DNA of 34,955 bases from Roseburia sp. Its GTDB lineage: Bacteria; Bacillota; Clostridia; Lachnospirales; Lachnospiraceae. Location of the stretch: the NCBI GenBank assembly GCA_050873725.1, contig JBNMJI010000001.1, positions 1 to 34,955 on the forward strand. The letters run 5' to 3'. Below the pieces are notes generated by a model, which saw nothing but the letters and a program-made list of their open reading frames with translations, was not told the origin of the DNA and searched no databases. Each line of letters begins with the position of its first letter. The stretch's first letter is position 1. This document shows positions 1 through 9,331 of the stretch, in pieces. The translations under genes and the position numbers were made by a program.

Positions 1-17
1 AAAGTCCAGCGGTGTGA

Positions 18-23
18 TGTCAA
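18..23 (-). promoter_or_regulatory. -35 half (TTGACA) of the IS110 circle-junction promoter
   Basis: TTGACA + tcacaccgctggaCT (15 nt) + cg + TATAAT gives an exact 17-nt spacer on circularisation. Confidence 0.8.
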
Positions 24-149
24 GAGATAAATGATTTAAAATCATATATTTTCGTATATATATTATTAAGACAAAAAACACCCACCTAAGCCCTGTCGAC
101 CAGATTTTTTAAATGAGCAGGGCATAGCTCATCAGCAAGCAGATGGAAT

Positions 150-1376
150 CTACTTTACTGGACTGTATAGGCGATTGTCTTTCAGCAGTCGAAAGACTAA
201 ACGCACAAATTTACGGGCAGTTAATGCGAGTGCACGTTTGTGTTGGCATCTGTTCACCTCTTTATATTTGAGGTGGTAGAAGTCGCTGTATTCCTTGTCG
301 CATCTTACAAGAGAAAACGTCGCTTCACACAGATAATACTTTAAAAACCGGTTTCCGGATGGAATAAGCTTTGTAACTTCGGCTTCAAATCCACCAGACT
401 GGTGTTGTTTCCAGGCAAGCCCTGCATATTTAGCAAGAGCAGCCTGATTATCGAAACGATTGATATCACCGATTTCAGCCATGATTCCGGCTGAGCATAC
501 AGGACCAACTCCCGGAATTGATATCAATACATTTGGCAAGAGTTCCATCTGGGCTTTGATAGCTTTATCGAACTCTTTGATTTGAGATTCCAATGCCTTC
601 ATGGAGGTTATGGATATAGAAAGCACCTGATTGACAGAATCATTTACCGTCTTGGGTAAACGGTAAGAACTTCTGGCAGCTTTCTGGATGGCTTTGGCTA
701 CTGCATCAGGATTAGGAAAACGATTCTTTCCTTTTTCAATGATGAAATCAGTAAGTTCTTGTAAGTCCATATTTGCCAGTGCTTCTGCGGATTCAAATTC
801 ATCGTAGACAGCAAGGGCTGTAGTGCTGAAGGTATTGCTGAATACCTTTTCCTGTGTCATAGTAGAATACTTCTTGAACAGCACATTTATAAATCTTTGC
901 TTTTCTTTTGTGAGACTCTGAACAGCAAAGTATCGTGCCCGTGTGAGGTTTTGGAGTGCTTTGTAGCGGTAGTCTTCCATATAGACCTCTTTGTTGATTC
1001 TACCGAAACGCAGGCAGTCAGCAATGACAAAAGAGTCCATATAGTCATTCTTTGGCAGGTCATTATAAGAATCATGAAATTTTTTGACCTGCTTGGGATT
1101 GAGGACATGAATCTTTCTGTTAAACGATGCCAGAGTGGCATCTTCCCTTAAGAAATAAACCAGGTTATCACCATAGACAGAGGTTGCTTCGAGACCTATT
1201 AGGACAGTATCAAGGGAATGTGAAGTTAACGCAGAATGGATTCTTTTTACCAACAGAGAAGAACCCTCATGTGAGTTTGCAACAGAAAAGTTACTGTGCT
1301 TTTCACCATTAGGAAGCATTAAGTAAACGACATTGGATTTGCTGCTTACATCAATACCGACGTAAAGTGTGTTCAT
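150..1376 (-). CDS. IS110-family transposase/recombinase (DEDD RuvC-like domain plus Transposase_20 domain)
   Basis: Motifs YVGIDVSS, GLEATSVY, KNDYMDS, SIPGVG, AEIGDINRF, YAGL..HQSG. Start moved to ATG 1376 (MNTLYVGID) because AGAAGGTGA precedes it; the ORF-track start at 1460 is probably too long. Confidence 0.93.
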   Translation of the reverse strand: MNTLYVGIDVSSKSNVVYLMLPNGEKHSNFSVANSHEGSSLLVKRIHSALTSHSLDTVLIGLEATSVYGDNLVYFLREDATLASFNRKIHVLNPKQVKKFHDSYNDLPKNDYMDSFVIADCLRFGRINKEVYMEDYRYKALQNLTRARYFAVQSLTKEKQRFINVLFKKYSTMTQEKVFSNTFSTTALAVYDEFESAEALANMDLQELTDFIIEKGKNRFPNPDAVAKAIQKAARSSYRLPKTVNDSVNQVLSISITSMKALESQIKEFDKAIKAQMELLPNVLISIPGVGPVCSAGIMAEIGDINRFDNQAALAKYAGLAWKQHQSGGFEAEVTKLIPSGNRFLKYYLCEATFSLVRCDKEYSDFYHLKYKEVNRCQHKRALALTARKFVRLVFRLLKDNRLYSPVK

Positions 1377-1416
1377 TGTAATCACCTTCTTTCGTTGTAG
1401 ATTAAAGTGTTCAATC

Positions 1417-1730
1417 GGCTTGGTAAAACCCATGAACATGGAGCATCGACACCCTCGCATATAAGAATCCAGCTTAAGATGGACAGATGCGTAACCACAC
1501 TGCTAGATGGTTGTCCATGTACTTAAGCAAACAGCCAGCCGGTTTGAAGCTAACTTCCATGTCAGGGGAACAGACTTTGCATGAAGCAACCATTACTGGT
1601 TCAACAAGGAGAATAAGAACTATTACCTGATTGACACTAGGACAATTATATCATGGGCTTTACTAAGCCTAATGAACAATATTTATTTAGTAACTTATTA
1701 ACCAAGATACATGTATTTACGTATCTAAAA
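1417..1730 (-). ncRNA. Candidate IS110 bridge/seek RNA
   Basis: Non-coding end lies downstream of the predicted circle-junction promoter. A 19-bp inverted repeat (1417-1435 / 1651-1669) encloses internal stems and short matches to both donor and target sequences. Boundaries are approximate. Confidence 0.6.
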
Positions 1731-1731
1731 G

Positions 1732-1755
1732 ATATTATACGAGATATTATACGAG
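1732..1755. repeat. Perfect 12-bp tandem duplication (atattatacgag x2) at the IS end
   Basis: 1732-1743 and 1744-1755 are identical. Confidence 0.95.
1734..1739 (-). promoter_or_regulatory. -10 half (TATAAT) of the IS110 circle-junction promoter
   Basis: CTcgTATAAT on the minus strand; a second copy lies at 1746-1751. Confidence 0.75.
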
Positions 1756-1765
1756 GAGAAGGCCC

Positions 1766-3760
1766 ATGAAAAAAGTAAGAAGCAGCTTAAAAAACAAAAT
1801 AGTAATGACAATGGTGCCATTTGTTATTCTGACCTATTTTCTGGTATTTATTTTTACTTATGGGGAAAGTAAAAATGTGGTAGAGAGTAATTTCATGAAT
1901 GAAATTAAAATGTCTCAGGAAAATGTAGGAAACCAGATGCAGGCGGATCTGAATCAGGTCATCGGACTGGTGAAAAATATCCAGACCTCCGTTGAAAAAT
2001 CCTGTACAACATCGGAAGACATTGAGAAATACATTATGAGTATTGCAGATGCATATCTCGATATTATACCGAATGGAATTTACTGTGGACTGGAAGACGG
2101 AACTTATATTGACAAGATGTGGACGCCGGGAAGCGACTGGGTCATGAAGGAAAGACCTTGGTATACCGAGGGCTTAAAAGCTGATGAAGTTACTTTTGGA
2201 GAGTGCTATCTGGATGCAGACAGCGGGGAATATATTATTTCTATTTATGCAAATATCAAGAATTCTTCTAATAAAGTCATTGGAGTCATTTCTGCGGATT
2301 TACCGCTTACTTCATTAAAGGATGCGCTGGAGGCACAGCAGATTGGTGTATCCGGTTATGCCTTTGCCATTGACGAGACAACCGGGCTGATTCTTGGAAA
2401 CAGAGAGCAGGAAGACTGGAACGGGCAGACCGTTGATGATGTTGATGATATTATTATTGACACCGTAAAGGATATTACAGCGAATGAGACTTACGGGGAA
2501 GTAACAACTGCAGGAAAATATTTTATATCAGCAAATAAGATTCCAAATACCAACTTTGTTACTGTAGTGGTTGTACCAAAGCAGGATGTAACCACAAGAG
2601 CAGCAGGCATTAAAAATGCATCTTTTATTACCATGGCAGTGGGAATTGTTATTCAGGTTATCGTCATTCTTGTGATTCTGACATTATTGATGCGGCCGGT
2701 ACCAAAGATTGACAAGGCAATTAATCAGATTAAAGATTTGGATTTTACAACAGCATGTGCAGTGAAATCTTCCGATGAGCTGGGACGAATCGGTAAAAAT
2801 ATGAACCAGCTGGATGAGAAGTTAAAAGAGACGATGAAGAGAATCCGTTCCGGTGTAACCCACATGGATGCGCAGACAGACACCAATATGGAAGTAGCAG
2901 CTCATTTGCAGGAGTCTGCTGAGAACCAGTTAGAATCCATGCATAATCTGACGGATACCTTAGAGGGTCTGAATGAAGGTATTCACGTTATCGCAGAGGG
3001 AACAGACGGACTGACCATGAATGTGCATGATACCACACAGGCATCGGAACAGGTAAATGAAAAGATACATGGTGCGGTATCCTTAGTACAGGATGGCAAA
3101 CTGCAGGTTAGCTATATGAATGAGACCATGGAAAGCATTTCCGGAGTATCCATGGAATTACAGGAAGCAGTTGGAAATGTATCGGAAGGAATTGAAGGCA
3201 TTAATAACATGGTGCAGGTAATCCAGGATATCGCAGACCAGACCAATCTCCTGGCATTAAATGCATCCATAGAGGCAGCAAGAGCAGGAGAAGCCGGCAA
3301 GGGATTTGCCGTTGTTGCAGAGGAAATCAGAAAGCTGGCTGAGGAATGTGGCAATTCCGCAGTAGATATTGTAAGTGTAACAACGAAGATGGATGACCTG
3401 ATTGGTGTTGTAACAGAGAAGACCAGCCAGAGTATTGAAAAGGTAAATACCGGAGTAGAAAATGTATCTAATACTTCGGATGTATTTGAGCAGATTAATC
3501 AGAGTGTAACAGAAATCAGTAATCTTATGGATACCGTAAATGCGGCCATTGGAAATATCAGCAACGTAATCACGGATATGGCAGCCAGCGTAGAAGAGCA
3601 GACGGCAAGCACCCAGGTAATCAGCGAGACATACCGGAGCGTTATGGATATTTCGGAAGAGTTCTCCAAGGACGGTGACAAAGTAGTGGAAGCCGGACGG
3701 GAACTGAAAAAGATTGTAGTAGAGATTACCGAAGGAATTGCGAAGTTTAAAGTAGATTAA
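1766..3760 (+). CDS. Methyl-accepting chemotaxis protein (TM-dCache-TM-HAMP-signalling domain)
   Basis: Signature [38 protein letters not shown]; Cache motif ERPWY; two TM segments. Confidence 0.95.
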   Translation: MKKVRSSLKNKIVMTMVPFVILTYFLVFIFTYGESKNVVESNFMNEIKMSQENVGNQMQADLNQVIGLVKNIQTSVEKSCTTSEDIEKYIMSIADAYLDIIPNGIYCGLEDGTYIDKMWTPGSDWVMKERPWYTEGLKADEVTFGECYLDADSGEYIISIYANIKNSSNKVIGVISADLPLTSLKDALEAQQIGVSGYAFAIDETTGLILGNREQEDWNGQTVDDVDDIIIDTVKDITANETYGEVTTAGKYFISANKIPNTNFVTVVVVPKQDVTTRAAGIKNASFITMAVGIVIQVIVILVILTLLMRPVPKIDKAINQIKDLDFTTACAVKSSDELGRIGKNMNQLDEKLKETMKRIRSGVTHMDAQTDTNMEVAAHLQESAENQLESMHNLTDTLEGLNEGIHVIAEGTDGLTMNVHDTTQASEQVNEKIHGAVSLVQDGKLQVSYMNETMESISGVSMELQEAVGNVSEGIEGINNMVQVIQDIADQTNLLALNASIEAARAGEAGKGFAVVAEEIRKLAEECGNSAVDIVSVTTKMDDLIGVVTEKTSQSIEKVNTGVENVSNTSDVFEQINQSVTEISNLMDTVNAAIGNISNVITDMAASVEEQTASTQVISETYRSVMDISEEFSKDGDKVVEAGRELKKIVVEITEGIAKFKVD

Positions 3761-3771
3761 CGGATAAAGCA

Positions 3772-3799
3772 GGATAATTGAGCGTGCACTTTCATATTT
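3772..3799 (+). promoter_or_regulatory. Possible sporulation-sigma (SigE-like) promoter for the amidase
   Basis: ATAA (3774-3777) ... CATATTT (3793-3799) resembles SigE elements, and the downstream gene is CwlD-like. Weak call. Confidence 0.3.
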
Positions 3800-3829
3800 A
3801 TTATAAAGAAAAGAATTAGGAAGTGCAGT

Positions 3830-4588
3830 TTGAAGAAAAGAATCGAATTATATATGGCAGTTCTTCTGCTGGTGGCAGTGTGCCTGTTATCGAAAAAGGG
3901 GGCAGTACTGGTAAGCAGTATGCGGGCGGCAGAAGAAAAGCCATGTATCGTTGTGGATGCCGGACATGGCGGAGATGACCCCGGCAAAATCGGAATTCAC
4001 GGCGAACTGGAAAAGGATATTAACCTTGCGATTGCAAAGAAGGTAAAAGCCCGTCTGGAAAAGGAAAATATAACGGTGATTCTGACCCGGGAGACAGACG
4101 AAAGCCTTGATAAAGGGGAGAGCGGCAGTAAGAAGGTGGCAGATATGCGTAACCGCTGCCGGCTGATTGATGAATCGAAGCCGCTGTTTACCATAAGTGT
4201 CCATCAGAACAGTTATACCGAGGAAGCAATAAAAGGAGCTCAGTGCTTCTATTTTGGACAGTCCGAAGAGGGCAAAAAAATTGCCGAAACCATGCAGGAG
4301 AGCCTGAGATTGCATCTTGATACGGAAAATAAGCGGGAAGCAAAAGCCAATGAGAGCTATTATCTCCTGAAAAAAACGGCATATCCTACAGTAATCGTAG
4401 AATGTGGTTTCTTGAGTAATTCTGAAGAGGCTGCAAAACTGTCTACCGAGGAATATCAGGAGGCAGTGGCAGAAGCCATTGCAGATGGAATTCTAAACTG
4501 TATGGGTAATGAAACAGCAGATACGGAAGACGTAGTGAATACAGAAAAGATGCAATCACAGGAAAATCAGAAAACGAAACAGAATTGA
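3830..4588 (+). CDS. N-acetylmuramoyl-L-alanine amidase (Amidase_3, CwlD-like)
   Basis: VVDAGHGGDDPG, EKDINLAIA, SVHQN, VIVECGFLSN; N-terminal hydrophobic segment; TTG start. Confidence 0.92.
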   Translation: MKKRIELYMAVLLLVAVCLLSKKGAVLVSSMRAAEEKPCIVVDAGHGGDDPGKIGIHGELEKDINLAIAKKVKARLEKENITVILTRETDESLDKGESGSKKVADMRNRCRLIDESKPLFTISVHQNSYTEEAIKGAQCFYFGQSEEGKKIAETMQESLRLHLDTENKREAKANESYYLLKKTAYPTVIVECGFLSNSEEAAKLSTEEYQEAVAEAIADGILNCMGNETADTEDVVNTEKMQSQENQKTKQN

Positions 4589-4615
4589 AATGCAACAGAA
4601 TAAAAGAAAGATTAC

Positions 4616-4652
4616 AAAAAAAGATTCCAGCCATAATGGTCTGGAATCTTTT
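4616..4652. terminator. Bidirectional intrinsic terminator
   Basis: A-run, aagattccag-ccat-a-atgg-t-ctggaatctt stem, T-run, between convergent genes. Confidence 0.85.
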
Positions 4653-4679
4653 ACTTACTTTCTTATATCTTTTCTTTGT

Positions 4680-5720
4680 TTAGTTCATCACAGAAAAATG
4701 ATAGAGTGTTTTGGAACGGAAATTCTCTCCCGCTTTTAAAACAACAGAAGGGAAATGTTCGATATTAATCGCATTTGGATAATGCTGTGTCTCTAAACAT
4801 ACTGCGGAATATGGCGGATAATCTTTGCCATCAATTCCTTTCTGATGAAGAGTATAGCAAGGAACATAAAGTTGTACACCCGGCTGGTCGGTAAAGCAGG
4901 TCATCCGAATGCCACTTTCCTTAGACTGTAAAACAGCTGCTTCTCTTAAACCGTCTCCATTGATTACAAAGTTGTGGTCGTAAGTGCCGCCTAATTTTAA
5001 CTGGGCGTTGTCACAATGAATGCCGTCACCGATTTTCTTCATCTCACGGAAATCAAATGGACTTCCCTCCACAGAGAGAAATGCACCGGTAGGACATTGT
5101 GTATCATCCAGTTCTGTAATCGCATCTGCATCAATGCGTAATTCCTGGTCTAAAACAGTACCGTTTCCTTCTCCGTTCAGATTAAAATATCCGTGGCTTG
5201 TAACAGAAAATACAGTATCCTGATCGCAGGTAGCCTCGTAAACAATAGATAATTCATTGTCTTCGGACCATCCGTAGGTAACGGAAACTGTAAGGTTACC
5301 CGGATAACCTTCTTCTCCATCCGGAGAAACGCGGGTAAATGTAACTTTATCATCGGTAACTTTTCCGGCCCATACACGCTGGCCAAATCCTGTAGGACCA
5401 CCATGCAGGTGGTTTGGGCCATTGTTAATGGCAAGATTGTATTCTTTATCATTTAAGGTAAAGTGCCCTTTGGCGATACGGTTGGCGCATCGACCGACAA
5501 CAGCTCCCAGGCTGGCATCATCAGCAAGATACTCATCGGCGTTCATTAAGCCTAAAATTACATCGGTCAGTTTCCCGCTTTTATCAGGAACCATAATTTT
5601 AACAATACGGCAGCCATAATCCGAAAGTGTAACGGAAGCACCGGATGCATTTTCAATGGTATAAAGGGAAATCGGCTGATTATCTTTGGTTATGCCAAAT
5701 TCGCTTTTCGTAATTTTCAT
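4680..5720 (-). CDS. galM: Aldose 1-epimerase (galactose mutarotase)
   Basis: GRCANRI, HLHGG, EEGYPG, HGYFNL, YDHNF, CLETQ. Start at ATG 5720 follows the AAAGGAG RBS at 5728-5734. Confidence 0.93.
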   Translation of the reverse strand: MKITKSEFGITKDNQPISLYTIENASGASVTLSDYGCRIVKIMVPDKSGKLTDVILGLMNADEYLADDASLGAVVGRCANRIAKGHFTLNDKEYNLAINNGPNHLHGGPTGFGQRVWAGKVTDDKVTFTRVSPDGEEGYPGNLTVSVTYGWSEDNELSIVYEATCDQDTVFSVTSHGYFNLNGEGNGTVLDQELRIDADAITELDDTQCPTGAFLSVEGSPFDFREMKKIGDGIHCDNAQLKLGGTYDHNFVINGDGLREAAVLQSKESGIRMTCFTDQPGVQLYVPCYTLHQKGIDGKDYPPYSAVCLETQHYPNAINIEHFPSVVLKAGENFRSKTLYHFSVMN

Positions 5721-5759
5721 CTGGAAACTCCTTTCCATAATATTCTAGTGAACATACTG

Positions 5760-5788
5760 ATTATGCCACACTTGTGGTCACATAGCAA
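5760..5788 (-). promoter_or_regulatory. SigA-type promoter for galM
   Basis: TTGCTA-17 nt-CATAAT with an extended TG. Confidence 0.6.
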
Positions 5789-5856
5789 GTAGGAAGTGCG
5801 GTTTTCGGGCGTTTTCGATTTTCGGTGGAAATGGATTTTGAAAACAATTCCAGTTC

Positions 5857-5885
5857 TTGAACACATAAAGGGAACGTGATATAAT
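5857..5885 (+). promoter_or_regulatory. SigA-type promoter for sua5 (predicts a leaderless mRNA)
   Basis: TTGAAC-17 nt-TATAAT with an extended TG; ATG is 7 nt downstream; no SD. Confidence 0.7.
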
Positions 5886-5892
5886 AGGCGTT

Positions 5893-6942
5893 ATGAAAAC
5901 AGAAGTGATAAAAATAGACCAGAATAATATGGATACAGAAGCGTTGGAACGTGCGGCTGCAATTATCCGGGATGGCGGACTGGTGGCATTTCCAACCGAG
6001 ACGGTATATGGACTGGGCGCAGATGCACTGAGCGCAGAAGCATCTAAGAAAATCTATGCGGCAAAAGGAAGACCATCCGATAATCCTTTGATTGTCCATG
6101 TGGCAGAATTTTCAGACATGGAGAAAATTGCACAGGAGATGCCGGAAGAGGCAAAGAAGCTTGCAGATGCATTCTGGCCGGGACCACTGACCATGATTGT
6201 GCGCAAGAATGATAAGGTTCCATATGAGACTACAGGGGGCATGGATACGGTAGCAATCCGTATGCCGAACCATCCGGTTGCGCTGGAACTGATTCGCAGA
6301 AGCGGCGGATATATTGCAGCACCGAGTGCCAATACATCCGGCAAACCGAGTCCGACGCTGGCAGAGCATGTGGCATTTGATATGGACGGCAGAATCCCAA
6401 TGATACTGGATGGGGGTCCGGTAGGAATTGGAATTGAATCCACAATCGTTGATCTGACAGAAGATATACCGATGATTTTAAGACCGGGTTATATTACACC
6501 GGAAATGTTAGAAAAGGTAATCGGGGAAGTGAAGATGGATCCTGGAATTATTGCTTCGGATTCGCTGCAGAAGCCGAAGGCACCGGGAATGAAATATAAG
6601 CATTACGCACCGAAAGCAGATTTGATTCTGGTAGACGGAGAAGAAGAGAAGGTAGTAGCAAAGATTAATGCTTTGACAAAGGAAGCGGTTCTACAGGGAA
6701 AGAAGGTAGGAATTATCGGAACAGATGAAACGATAGACCGTTATCCGGAGGGAGAAGTGGTAAGTATTGGTGCACGCAGTGATGAGGATGCAATTGCCAA
6801 GCATTTGTATAAGCTGTTGCGGGACTTTGATGAGAAAGAAGTAGATGTTATTTACTCTGAGAGTTTTGCAACTCCGCGTATCGGTCAGGCAATTATGAAT
6901 CGTCTGCTGAAGGCTGCAGGACATCAGGTGATTACAGTTTAG
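5893..6942 (+). CDS. sua5: L-threonylcarbamoyladenylate synthase, Sua5/YwlC type
   Basis: VAFPTETVYGLGA, KGRPSDNPLIVH, APSANTSG, and the APGMKYKHYAP linker plus SUA5 domain. Confidence 0.96.
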   Translation: MKTEVIKIDQNNMDTEALERAAAIIRDGGLVAFPTETVYGLGADALSAEASKKIYAAKGRPSDNPLIVHVAEFSDMEKIAQEMPEEAKKLADAFWPGPLTMIVRKNDKVPYETTGGMDTVAIRMPNHPVALELIRRSGGYIAAPSANTSGKPSPTLAEHVAFDMDGRIPMILDGGPVGIGIESTIVDLTEDIPMILRPGYITPEMLEKVIGEVKMDPGIIASDSLQKPKAPGMKYKHYAPKADLILVDGEEEKVVAKINALTKEAVLQGKKVGIIGTDETIDRYPEGEVVSIGARSDEDAIAKHLYKLLRDFDEKEVDVIYSESFATPRIGQAIMNRLLKAAGHQVITV

Positions 6943-6953
6943 AGGAGGTTTTT

Positions 6954-7412
6954 ATGAAGCCATACAATCGCATTGTATTCGTGGCGGAGAGCGGAACATG
7001 CAGGGCACCTATGGCAGCTGGTATTTTTCAGGAATATTCCCTGAATCATCCGGTAGAAGTGCTGGTGAGAGGTCTTGTGGTATTATTTCCAGAACCACTG
7101 AATCAGAAAGCAGAAGCTGTTATGATAAGCAATGGCATTAACATGGAAGGCTTTATGTCAAGCCAGATTACAGCAGAAGATTTTGGCGAAGATACATTAG
7201 TGCTTACAATGGAAGCACAGCAGAGACAGAAGTTATTGGAAATGTTCCCGGAGGCGCAGGAAGAAAATGTTCAGGTGCTGACGGAATTAGTAGGGGATGA
7301 ACTGGAAATCTTAGACCCTTACGGTGGCACACTTCAGGCCTATGGACTTTGCTTTGAAACCATGAATAAGAGTATAAAAAAATTAGTAAAATTATTAAAC
7401 GAAGGAGAATGA
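6954..7412 (+). CDS. LMW-PTP/YwlE-family protein with a degenerate P-loop
   Basis: [13 protein letters not shown] (canonical FVCTGNTCRSPMA), [13 protein letters not shown]; occupies the ywlE position between sua5 and upp. Confidence 0.85.
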   Translation: MKPYNRIVFVAESGTCRAPMAAGIFQEYSLNHPVEVLVRGLVVLFPEPLNQKAEAVMISNGINMEGFMSSQITAEDFGEDTLVLTMEAQQRQKLLEMFPEAQEENVQVLTELVGDELEILDPYGGTLQAYGLCFETMNKSIKKLVKLLNEGE

Positions 7413-7413
7413 T

Positions 7414-8043
7414 ATGTCAAAAGTATTTGTAATGGATCATCCACTGATTCAGCATAAAATCGGCTGGATAAGAAGAAAAGAAACAGGTTCTAAGGAGTTC
7501 CGTACATTAATCAGCGAAATCGCCATGTTAATGTGCTATGAGGCAACCAGAGATTTGAAGCTTACCGATATTGAAATCGAGACTCCAATCTGTAAGACAA
7601 CTGTAAAAGAGTTAAAAGGAAAGAAACTGGCAGTAGTACCAATCTTACGTGCAGGTCTTGGAATGGTAGACGGAATGCTTGCAATGATTCCGGCAGCAAA
7701 AGTTGGACACATCGGACTTTACCGTGATCCACAGACATTAAAACCGGTAGAATATTACTGCAAACTTCCAGAGGATTGTGATGAGCGTGAAGTATTCTTT
7801 GTAGACCCGATGCTGGCAACCGGTGGTTCTTCCGTAGCAGCAATCCAGATGTTAAAAGACAGAGGAGTAAAGAATATCCGCTTCATGTGCATCATTGCAG
7901 CACCAGAAGGAGTAAAGGCAATGCAGGAAGCGCATCCGGACGTAGATATCTACATCGGAGCATTAGATGAGAAATTAAATGAGCACTGCTATATCGTACC
8001 AGGACTTGGTGATGCAGGAGACAGAATTTTCGGAACAAAATAA
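7414..8043 (+). CDS. upp: Uracil phosphoribosyltransferase
   Basis: [36 protein letters not shown]. Confidence 0.98.
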   Translation: MSKVFVMDHPLIQHKIGWIRRKETGSKEFRTLISEIAMLMCYEATRDLKLTDIEIETPICKTTVKELKGKKLAVVPILRAGLGMVDGMLAMIPAAKVGHIGLYRDPQTLKPVEYYCKLPEDCDEREVFFVDPMLATGGSSVAAIQMLKDRGVKNIRFMCIIAAPEGVKAMQEAHPDVDIYIGALDEKLNEHCYIVPGLGDAGDRIFGTK

Positions 8044-8068
8044 GTTCGAAGATATATGAAATGTGAAG

Positions 8069-8102
8069 GGTTCTTAAGTTGAATGGCTTAAGAACCTTTT
8101 TT
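8069..8102 (+). terminator. Intrinsic terminator after upp
   Basis: ggttcttaag(t)...(g)cttaagaacc followed by T6. Confidence 0.85.
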
Positions 8103-8144
8103 ACGCGAGTAGCGAGAAAAATCGCATGCTTGTATGCAGATTTG

Positions 8145-8369
8145 GCGCAGTCCACATCCTTCACTTGGAATACGACATAAAGCCTGCAAGGGGCACTAAG
8201 AATTTCGATATAGATACAGTCTATTCCGGCAACCGGTGCAAATTCACATCCATGTTCATCTGCACCTCGCCGGCACATCCCTGTGCCGGCGTTGCCTAGA
8301 AACAGACAAAATTCCAAGTGCCCCTGACAGCCTTTATCATGTATCCCAAGTAAAGGAAGCGGACTTCGC
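8145..8369 (-). repeat. Long-hairpin element copy 1 (core 8228-8296)
   Basis: Ungapped 61-bp inverted arms at 8145-8205 and 8309-8369 (48/61 identical by manual count) around the 69-bp core; GGA loops read on the minus strand. Confidence 0.9.
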
Positions 8370-8664
8370 TCATCAAGTGGCAATCAAATATTCTATTGAG
8401 CCAAATGCCCCATTAAGAACCTCATCAAGCCCCCCTGACAAGCTTACTGTTTATCTGCTTATCGAAAAACGAGTCCATCACTTCTTTGAGTCTAAGAACT
8501 GTGTCATTTCCATGAAAATCTCACAGAAACCGTATAAAACCATAAAAAAATATGGTAAAATAGCAACAGAAAAATTGCAGCGTAGTGATAATAAAATGCG
8601 AAGCAGAATAATGAAAAATGAAATAAAAGAAAATATTTGAAAACCGCAGCAAGGAGGAAATAAA

Positions 8665-9150
8665 ATGAGCCAGAAACGGGAAGACTATATTAGTTGGGAT
8701 GAATATTTTATGGGCGTGGCAATGTTATCCGGAATGCGCTCCAAGGACCCGAATACACAGGTGGGTGCCTGCATTGTCAGCGAGGATAACAAGATTCTTT
8801 CCATGGGATACAATGGACTGCCGAAGGGCTGCTCCGATGATGAATTCCCGTGGGTAAGAGAAGGAGCACCGCTTGAGAATAAATATTTCTATACCACCCA
8901 CAGCGAACTGAATGCTATCTTAAATTATCGGGGCGGTTCCTTAGAAGGGGCGAAAATGTATGTGTCCCTGTTCCCTTGTAATGAGTGTGCCAAAGCAATC
9001 ATTCAGGCTGGAATCAAGACCATTGTATATGACAGTGACAAATACCAGAATACTCCGGCAGTTATTGCTTCCAAACGGATGTTAGATGCGGCAGGAGTCC
9101 GCTACTACCAGTACACCCACACCAACCGGGAAATAAACATTACCCTGTAA
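8665..9150 (+). CDS. dCMP deaminase family protein (ComEB-like)
   Basis: ISWDEYFMG, SKDPNTQVGA, HSELNA, PCNEC zinc motif; AAGGAGG RBS. Confidence 0.93.
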   Translation: MSQKREDYISWDEYFMGVAMLSGMRSKDPNTQVGACIVSEDNKILSMGYNGLPKGCSDDEFPWVREGAPLENKYFYTTHSELNAILNYRGGSLEGAKMYVSLFPCNECAKAIIQAGIKTIVYDSDKYQNTPAVIASKRMLDAAGVRYYQYTHTNREINITL

Positions 9151-9303
9151 TGGACAAGCCAGAAAATGACCGATTACAGAGGTTTACAACCAATTGAACA
9201 AATGACGAAAGTGTGGGAAAAACCTTCTGGTAATATTTGTTAAAATTATGTAAAATTGCAAAAACATAAAGCTGATTTATAGACATTTTTCATAAAATGT
9301 TTA

Positions 9304-9331
9304 TAGACAATTTCCTCAAAAATGATATAAT
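9304..9331 (+). promoter_or_regulatory. Probable atp-operon promoter
   Basis: TAGACA-16 nt-TATAAT with an extended TG. Confidence 0.6.

Larger units (their letters stand above)
3..1755 (-). mobile_element. IS110-family insertion sequence, apparently complete
   Basis: IS110 recombinase at 150-1376 with a long upstream non-coding region. A CT core (minus strand) lies at 4-3 and at 1743-1742 or 1755-1754. Joining the ends gives a consensus promoter, and removing the element restores an AAAGGAG RBS. Confidence 0.85.

Noticed and set aside
52-58. IS1111-type sub-terminal inverted repeat (tcgtata versus tatacga at 1736-1742)
   Set aside because: Only 7 AT-rich bp, about 50 bp inside the inferred end, and the long non-coding region is upstream of the transposase as in the IS110 group.
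1631-1654. Outward IS promoter driving the MCP gene (TTGACA at 1631)
   Set aside because: The nearest -10-like hexamer (TATCAT) is only 12 nt away.
8228-8296. Core as a hammerhead-type ribozyme
   Set aside because: It is a three-way junction, but no CUGANGA/GAAA catalytic core is correctly placed on either strand. Other ribozyme classes were not tested.
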